NCBI GenBank assembly: GCA_019058015.1
Contig: JAHLWH010000178.1
Location: forward strand, 1 to 22,917
Source: Promethearchaeota archaeon
Lineage (GTDB): Archaea > Asgardarchaeota > Lokiarchaeia > Sigyniarchaeales > SOKP01
DNA: 22,917 nt
Direction of reading: 5' to 3'
Shown here piece by piece: positions 16,840-22,917 of the stretch (its first letter is position 1; the number at the start of each line of letters is the position of its first letter). The translations under genes were made by a program, and so were the position numbers. The notes beneath the pieces were generated by a model, which saw only the letters and a list, made by a program, of their open reading frames with translations, did no database searches and had not been told where the DNA came from.

Positions 16840-17179
16840 ATTTTTCCTATCCTAAATTTCCTATAAATTGAAGTAAGTTTACTATATATTTGTTACGATT
16901 TTAAGGAAAATTCTTGTTGTTATAACAAATTCGTATTTTAATCAGTAGTTTCCTTAATTTTTAATAATAATTACCAAACTAAAAATCTTTTTGATATTTA
17001 ATTTCCTTTTCTGTAAATAGAATTAGAAAAAGAATTCAATTAAAAAAAATATAGTAGATATTTAATAAGAAAAGTGGGAAATAAAGATTTAAAGAGGTTA
17101 TGCATATTGTTCATATATAATTCTTAGAAAAATCGTGTCCTTTTAAGATGAAAATCTAAAATAAAATTTAATCAATATA

Positions 17180-17584
17180 TTAAAGAACTCTGAAACCTAG
17201 AACCCTCTCACTCCATACGGATTTAAGATAAATTGTTGCGATTCCGCAAAAATCTACATCTTCAATTTTTTCAAGGTCTCCTTCTAAATATAGGACTGTA
17301 TTTCTCTCAGAATTAAGAATCTCTCCTTTTTCTTTTGAAAACTCAAAGATAGGGCCATTATCATCACAAATTTTTGAATCTAAGATAAATCCATATTTAG
17401 ACCCTCCATTAGATTTAATAGATTTATGTTTATCAAGCATAAATATCGGAGAGCCATTCATTCTTTTAACCACATTTTCTTCCAAAAAACCTAGTAATTT
17501 TTTCTTTTTATTCAAATATTTTTTTCCATCAATATATCCCATTCTTTTATGTTTTTTGTTAAATACTTCTATCATTTTATCCAT
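17180..17584 (-). CDS. Hypothetical beta-hairpin repeat protein (beta-flower / tubby-C-like)
   Basis: Roughly 15-residue units (VFNKKHKRMGYIDG, YLNKKKKLLGFLEE, IKSNGGSKYGFILD) followed by a C-terminal hydrophobic helix. Confidence 0.65.
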   Translation of the reverse strand: MDKMIEVFNKKHKRMGYIDGKKYLNKKKKLLGFLEENVVKRMNGSPIFMLDKHKSIKSNGGSKYGFILDSKICDDNGPIFEFSKEKGEILNSERNTVLYLEGDLEKIEDVDFCGIATIYLKSVWSERVLGFRVL

Positions 17585-17816
17585 TTTAGATTTTTAAATT
17601 TTTATTAATTACGCTTTGTTATAAGAATTAATTCACCTTAAATCTTAGTATCTGTGACTTTAAATTTTCTTAAAGAATTTTTCAATTTCAAAAATATTTT
17701 TTTTAATTCTACAAATGTTTAAATAGTGAAATAAGGCAGAAAATTCCATAAGAAAACAAAAATTAATAGATATTAAATCTCTAAATAATTATAGAATTTA
17801 GATTTGATCAGTTAAA

Positions 17817-17823
17817 TTATATG
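17817..17823 (+). promoter_or_regulatory. Candidate TATA box for tRNA-Thr
   Basis: TTATATG about 30 nt upstream of the mature tRNA 5' end. Weak evidence in AT-rich DNA. Confidence 0.3.
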
Positions 17824-17852
17824 AATTAAAGAGAGTTTAATTTTAAAAATAT

Positions 17853-17925
17853 GCCTCCGTAGCTTAGCTGGTAGAGCGTCAGACTTGTAATCTGACGGTC
17901 AAGGGTTCAAATCCCTTCGGAGGCT
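17853..17925 (+). tRNA. tRNA-Thr (UGU), intronless, CCA not encoded
   Basis: Acceptor stem GCCTCCG/CGGAGGC, D arm GCTT..GAGC, anticodon arm TCAGA-CTTGTAA-TCTGA, T arm AAGGG-TTCAAAT-CCCTT, discriminator U. Confidence 0.98.
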
Positions 17926-17948
17926 TCTTTTATTAATTTTTTATATCA

Positions 17949-19550
17949 ATGGGCGGCCAAAGAAAAAATTTGAATAAAATAAATCGCGTAATTTTATGCA
18001 TAATTGATTGTCTTCGAGCAGAACATTTATTTAAATTTATCAATAGCGGCCTACTTCCGAATTTAAAAAGATTAAAGGATGAAGGGATTTTTTCTAAAAA
18101 TTGTATTACTGATTTTCCATCTGTAACGTTGCCTACTCAACCAACGATAATAACAGGCACATATACTGGAGATTATCGGAAAGAATATTGCCATGGAATC
18201 CCTTGTTTTAGATGGATGGATCGCGATTTTACACCTCCAATCCTTAGAGATTATGGTTCCAAGAGCATACAAGTTTTTAAAATGAATGAAGATTTGGGCA
18301 AAAATTGTAAAACTCTTCTCGAAATGGTTGGAGATGGAAATAAAACAAGTATCACTCAGTTTTGTAATCGAGGAACAACTTATTTTTTCCCCAAATCCAA
18401 AATTAGAATAGGATTTTATTTTTTATTAATAAGCTATTACCCAAATTTGAAAAAAGCAATTTCTATATTCAATTCAAGAGTGATTCATTTACTCTTAGAA
18501 AATTTTAGAAGCCCAAAAAAATATTTTCGAAACAAAGAACCTCCGATTGGGAGTTTAATCTATTTTTTAAGTTCTGATCTTTTAATGCATGTTTTTGGAT
18601 ATGATAGCCAATTGTATAAGTTAAATTTAATGCATATTGATAAAATGATGGGTGTTCTATTAGATGGATTAGAGGAATTGGGTTATTTAGATGAAACTGC
18701 AATAGCAATCACATCTGATCATGGAAATTATCGAGCAAATAAAGTTGGGGAGTTGAGTTCTATTTATTTACAAAATGGTTTGAAGCCATATAAACCACGT
18801 GCAAGTTATAAAGGGAATTTCAATTTGGCTGAATTTGGTGGCGTTGGCTTTTTTTACTTCAGAGGACGCAATAATTTACTTCAAGAGAATAAATATCAAT
18901 GGACACTGCCTACTTTGAAGGAGCTTGGAAATTTTGGACCAAAACGGGTTAATCTATTAGATAAATTATTTAATATTGAAAACAGTCAATTGATGTATTA
19001 TAAAGATGATAACAATACTCATCATAAAGGGATTGTATATTTAAAACGAAAAGATAAGAAAACTGGAAAAATACACACTGGTAAAATAGAATATAAAGGG
19101 ATAAATATAGATTATAAGACTAAATACACTTCTGAAGATGATGATAATGATATTTTTGGTTATTTAAAGGATGAAACTGCCAGTAAATTACTAGATGGTA
19201 AATTTCATTCAAATCGCGAATGGATGGACGCCACATATCATCTTGATTTTCCAATGTATCCTGATTTAATTCCACGTCATTTTAAAAACCCTCGAAGTGG
19301 TGATATTATCCTGAGCACCGATGGGAGTGTTATTTTTAATATTGCCCATGGTAAGCGAAAAAGTGACAATATTCATTTCCATGATTTGGGTCTTAGAGAC
19401 TGTGCAATTGTGCCTTTATTAATTGGAGGTTCTTCAGAAATTCCTCATAAAGAAATTCCTTATTGTTCAACAACAGATATTGTTCCAACATTATTACAAA
19501 TGCTAGGTAGAAAAGCACATCCAAGTATGGTTGGAAGTTCTTTGATTTAA
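17949..19550 (+). CDS. Alkaline phosphatase superfamily enzyme (nucleotide pyrophosphatase/phosphodiesterase-like)
   Basis: IIDCLR, FPSVT (Thr nucleophile), SDLLMH, TSDHG, HFHD, DIVPTLL. No signal peptide seen. Confidence 0.88.
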   Translation: MGGQRKNLNKINRVILCIIDCLRAEHLFKFINSGLLPNLKRLKDEGIFSKNCITDFPSVTLPTQPTIITGTYTGDYRKEYCHGIPCFRWMDRDFTPPILRDYGSKSIQVFKMNEDLGKNCKTLLEMVGDGNKTSITQFCNRGTTYFFPKSKIRIGFYFLLISYYPNLKKAISIFNSRVIHLLLENFRSPKKYFRNKEPPIGSLIYFLSSDLLMHVFGYDSQLYKLNLMHIDKMMGVLLDGLEELGYLDETAIAITSDHGNYRANKVGELSSIYLQNGLKPYKPRASYKGNFNLAEFGGVGFFYFRGRNNLLQENKYQWTLPTLKELGNFGPKRVNLLDKLFNIENSQLMYYKDDNNTHHKGIVYLKRKDKKTGKIHTGKIEYKGINIDYKTKYTSEDDDNDIFGYLKDETASKLLDGKFHSNREWMDATYHLDFPMYPDLIPRHFKNPRSGDIILSTDGSVIFNIAHGKRKSDNIHFHDLGLRDCAIVPLLIGGSSEIPHKEIPYCSTTDIVPTLLQMLGRKAHPSMVGSSLI

Positions 19551-19571
19551 TTTTTTAGTTGCATTAATATT

Positions 19572-22289
19572 TCATATTTTTATAATGAAGCTCAATATCT
19601 CTTGTGGATTTGATACAAAAGTAAAGGAATTATCATTCTCAATCTTCATCTCCTCAATTGGGAATTCTAATAAATTTACTTTTATAACACTCTTAATTTT
19701 TTGATTGAATTTTACTGTCCCTGTTGATTTCTTTCCAGATGTTTCTAATAATCTAATTAAAAAGCCATTATTTCCATCTTCAGGTTTTTTAATTGATGAT
19801 ACTATAAAATTTTCGGGTTCAATTGAAAAAAGACTAAATTCACTTCCTAATTTGCCCTTATTATGCTTGATCTTCCGAACAATCAAGGGTATGTTAAAAT
19901 TTTGAGCTTTTCTAGCTATTAGGTTATTAGAAAAATCACCATTGTGTAAATATAAAGAGTATTTAAATGTATGATCTCCAATTGCATATGCTTTAGGAAT
20001 CCTATAAAAAGGTCCAGCCATGGCGGGAACAGTTCCATATATTATATTTGTAAGTAATCCAGTACTTCGCATGAGAGTCAGGAAGCATGAGTCTTTATTT
20101 TTGCCAATTTCATATTCTGGTATTCCATAATTCATAATTGAAACTCCTTTTTTCTCCCTAATATTCGAAAAGTCCATCCAATTAATAACAGGTTTTATTC
20201 TATTATAATGCTCAAAATGTTTATTTATTTCCTTCCATGATTTTCCCACTTTTGGTTCAATATTTCGCTCAATAAATCCATATGGAATTTCTGATCTTAT
20301 AGTAGGGTTTGATATAGGAATTGGAAAACATGCTTGAATACGAATGTTTCTTATGCTATTGTAAAATATAGATATAAAATCAATTCTTACATCACCAAAA
20401 TTAGGAATTATGATATATTGAGTGATTTCGTTAATTGATTTAAATAAAATCTTACTTTTGCATTTTAATTTCGCATTTAATTTAACGACGGTTCTAACTG
20501 GTCCTTTTTCGACAACTTCTAGTTGAAAATCATACATATGATGGATTTTTCCAATTCTTCCAATGTAATAACCATCTCCTCGATCATTGTGAATTCTTAA
20601 GCCTCCAATTGAATATTCACCATTTGAATTAAGCTCAAATTTATCTTTTTTATTAAAAATACTAATTAATTTTCCATCTTTAAAACTCAATTTTAGAATA
20701 TTATTTTCAATAGTTAGAGTATTGAATTTTTTTTGTTCCAATTTAGATTGTTCTTGATTTGAAGATTGGTTTTTCCTAATGGAATATGAGGCATAACCGA
20801 TTGGAGGAATATCTTTGGCCAAGAAAATGTAAGAATTTTCTTTCTCGTTGATTTTTTCTTTTTGATAAGGGATTTGTTTACCATTTTGATTTAATATACT
20901 AAATTCTTTTATTTTACTGGGTAATTTTATCTTTTCAATGCTTGTGCGTTCCCAAGAGAGTGGATTGAAAATTAAAAGCGGTATATCTTCTTTTAAAATA
21001 TTAGATGTATCTATATTTTTAATGAAATAACTTAATGCACTTTTAAATAGTCTTTTTAATTGTAATTCCGACAGTTTTAATTGCTTCATTATATTATCAT
21101 ATGCTGCATCTATATGAACTCCGGTTATTCCATCATGGAAATCACAACAAAGAATTCGCTTTATTGCCTTAGTAATTATCTCTTTAGGATAAGGAGTGTT
21201 ATTTAATAGATTGGATAATGTCGAAAATAGTTCTGTTAAATAAAATTGATTCTCTAAAAATCGTATTTGTTGCTTTAATTTAGGTCGATTACTAAACGTT
21301 CCTGGGAATAAATCTGGAGGTCCTAAAAATTCATAGTTTTCTACAATGCCAAATTTCTTCCTTGATTTTTTTAGAGCAGAGTGAAATTCTGAGGGAATTG
21401 CGATAATTGCTTTATTTTCCTTATTTTTTTTGTTATAATAATCGACTGCATCAAGGATATTAGTACTTGGAGGAAGATTATCTGTTCCATTTAAAATTAG
21501 AATGTTATCAGTAGTTGACCTAACAATTCTATTTTTAATTGAAAACTTTAGACCCCCCATATCCAATCCGAATATCGAAATTCCTAACCTGGTATTTGAT
21601 AATCTACGAAAAATGTATTTAAATGGAGGAAAAATTTTTATTAGAAATTCATACACTCTGAAATTTTGTGGAATTATTTGTAAAGTTCCAGGAATTAGAA
21701 AGAATGGAAAAATAGGAGGTAAAATCGTCATTGCAAAAGGAGGTGGAATATAGGTGTAAGTTGAATACATCCAATGAGTAAGAATTTTTGACCCATCGAA
21801 ACTTTTCCACCAAAATTCTTGTGGGAGTCTTCTATTTCTTGCTCCTCTAACAAAAATAAAAAATTCAAAACCAGCTTTTTTTAATATCTGCGGAAGTTGG
21901 GGTGTTTGACCAAATGAATCAATAAGATATGCAATCGTTGAATCGATTCCAAAATGTTTTTTAAAATACCTACAACCATATAAAAATTGCCTTACAAGGC
22001 TTTCCCCGTTAGGTAAGAGAGTATCCGGAGCTACAATATCTCCACCAATCAACTCAACTTTTCTTTCTTTCACCCTCTGTTGGAGTTCTTCCCACATTTC
22101 AGGATGATTTATGCGAAAATATTCACATGCCATCACTGAATCAATAATATATCGATAATTTTCGTGCTTTCGCATAATCAGTAAAGCTTCTTTTATTAAT
22201 TTAGCATTTTTACTGCCCATTCCATCTGGTGTATCACACCATAAATAATCATAGTGAGAATGTGGAGTTAAAAATATTTTTTTTCCCAT
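19572..22289 (-). CDS. Glycoside hydrolase family 38 (alpha-mannosidase-like)
   Basis: HSHYDYLW zinc motif, GESLVRQ, IDSFG nucleophile, PQLPQIL, FHDGITG, FNPLSWER, GPVR, EIPYG, LTLMRS. Confidence 0.92.
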   Translation of the reverse strand: MGKKIFLTPHSHYDYLWCDTPDGMGSKNAKLIKEALLIMRKHENYRYIIDSVMACEYFRINHPEMWEELQQRVKERKVELIGGDIVAPDTLLPNGESLVRQFLYGCRYFKKHFGIDSTIAYLIDSFGQTPQLPQILKKAGFEFFIFVRGARNRRLPQEFWWKSFDGSKILTHWMYSTYTYIPPPFAMTILPPIFPFFLIPGTLQIIPQNFRVYEFLIKIFPPFKYIFRRLSNTRLGISIFGLDMGGLKFSIKNRIVRSTTDNILILNGTDNLPPSTNILDAVDYYNKKNKENKAIIAIPSEFHSALKKSRKKFGIVENYEFLGPPDLFPGTFSNRPKLKQQIRFLENQFYLTELFSTLSNLLNNTPYPKEIITKAIKRILCCDFHDGITGVHIDAAYDNIMKQLKLSELQLKRLFKSALSYFIKNIDTSNILKEDIPLLIFNPLSWERTSIEKIKLPSKIKEFSILNQNGKQIPYQKEKINEKENSYIFLAKDIPPIGYASYSIRKNQSSNQEQSKLEQKKFNTLTIENNILKLSFKDGKLISIFNKKDKFELNSNGEYSIGGLRIHNDRGDGYYIGRIGKIHHMYDFQLEVVEKGPVRTVVKLNAKLKCKSKILFKSINEITQYIIIPNFGDVRIDFISIFYNSIRNIRIQACFPIPISNPTIRSEIPYGFIERNIEPKVGKSWKEINKHFEHYNRIKPVINWMDFSNIREKKGVSIMNYGIPEYEIGKNKDSCFLTLMRSTGLLTNIIYGTVPAMAGPFYRIPKAYAIGDHTFKYSLYLHNGDFSNNLIARKAQNFNIPLIVRKIKHNKGKLGSEFSLFSIEPENFIVSSIKKPEDGNNGFLIRLLETSGKKSTGTVKFNQKIKSVIKVNLLEFPIEEMKIENDNSFTFVSNPQEILSFIIKI

Positions 22290-22318
22290 TTTTTAAAGCC
22301 TTACTTCATTATACTTTT

Positions 22319-22699
22319 TTAATCATAGTATATAATCATTTGAATTACACCTAAAATAGCGAGAGTCAAATCTATAAAAAAATCTGCTGTAAAAGATAAA
22401 GTAACCAAATTAATGATTACAATTATTGGAAAATAAATTGCGCAATAAAATAAAAATGGCTGGGAAATTATTCCACCCCAACCCCAGCGATCCTTCCTTA
22501 AAAACTCTAAAATTGCCCAGAAGCCTAAAATTGGCCAAAATAGACCTATGATATCTATAAATTCGGAATATGGAAAAAACTTAATTAATAACAATAAACA
22601 ATTAGCAAAATAAATTCCACTTAAAATTAAGGTATATTTCTTAGATTCGCTCATAATAAATGATAAGTTTAAAAATATATTAATTTGTTTAAGGTTCAT
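22319..22699 (-). CDS. Hypothetical membrane protein (about 4 TM), true start may be 22654 (MSESKK)
   Basis: Hydrophobic ORF ending 29 nt upstream of GH38 on the same strand, probably co-transcribed. Confidence 0.65.
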   Translation of the reverse strand: MNLKQINIFLNLSFIMSESKKYTLILSGIYFANCLLLLIKFFPYSEFIDIIGLFWPILGFWAILEFLRKDRWGWGGIISQPFLFYCAIYFPIIVIINLVTLSFTADFFIDLTLAILGVIQMIIYYD

Positions 22700-22763
22700 T
22701 CAATAAAATTAAAATAAATGTGAAATTAAAAAAACCAATTAGAAATAATAATTTTCGATTCAA

Positions 22764-22917
22764 ATGGCTACCAACGAAAAAAGAGAGAAAAGAATCAAGG
22801 AAAAACTACTGGGAATAGAAGATTATACTGAAGTTGCCGTGAGAGCTGAGGATGTAGATTTTATGTCCATCGTGCATTTTAATGAATATCTAAATTATTT
22901 TGATTTTGGATTTGTGA
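22764..22917 (+). CDS. Acyl-CoA thioesterase (4HBT/YbgC hot-dog fold), 3' end outside window
   Basis: Not in the ORF track. MATNEKREKRIKEKLLGIEDYTEVAVRAEDVDFMSIVHFNEYLNYFDFGFV matches the VR..D.D...VH...YL.YF motif. Confidence 0.78.
   Translation, partial: MATNEKREKRIKEKLLGIEDYTEVAVRAEDVDFMSIVHFNEYLNYFDFGFV

Noticed and set aside
16466-16867. TTCCTATAAA direct repeats (16466-16475 and 16858-16867) flanking the DUF2934-like gene, as a possible target-site duplication
   Set aside because: No terminal inverted repeats or transposase. A 10-nt AT-rich match is weak, and TTCCTAT recurs in other intergenic regions.
19572-19574. TGA stop of GH38 (and TAG stop at 993-995) as Sec/Pyl readthrough
   Set aside because: The GH38 C-terminus is complete and runs into a convergent gene. 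Neither readthrough sequence looks protein-like, and no SECIS-like structure was seen.
10391-21753. Antisense ORFs inside hypD, the activase, permease, polB, phosphodiesterase and GH38 (e.g. 12513-13010, 165 aa)
   Set aside because: Shadow frames of real genes, with no recognisable domains or RBS.
17853-22917. tRNA-Thr as the integration site of a mobile element
   Set aside because: No integrase, and no duplicated tRNA fragment was seen within the window.
1-22917. CRISPR arrays, rRNA, IS elements, inteins in polB
   Set aside because: No regularly spaced repeats, rRNA-like sequence or transposase motifs. The polB motifs are contiguous with no intein-sized insertion.

Overview
Very AT-rich archaeal chromosomal window, most consistent with an Asgard (Lokiarchaeia-like) genome. 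This is inferred from a PolB1-type polymerase, an intronless tRNA-Thr lacking encoded CCA, oligo-T terminators and the gene mix. From left to right: a partial CX5R protein phosphatase, a VIT1/CCC1 transporter, two small membrane proteins, a membrane-anchored PHP/DUF3604 metallohydrolase, an HEH-SWIM-OB protein, an HdrD/GlpC-like Fe-S oxidoreductase, pncB, uppP, a hydroxyproline dehydratase module (hypD, activase, divergent APC permease), polB, two small repeat proteins, tRNA-Thr(UGU), an alkaline-phosphatase-superfamily enzyme, a GH38 alpha-mannosidase, a membrane protein and a partial thioesterase. The best leads are (i) the HypD module, which has a ferredoxin-less activase, no adjacent proC, and unannotated gene remnants on both sides; (ii) the HEH+SWIM+OB-fold protein; (iii) PIP-like motifs at both ends of PolB1; and (iv) a GH38 with a hydrophobic proline-rich insert. 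No CRISPR array, transposase or integrase was seen. All family calls come from motif recognition by eye, not from searches.
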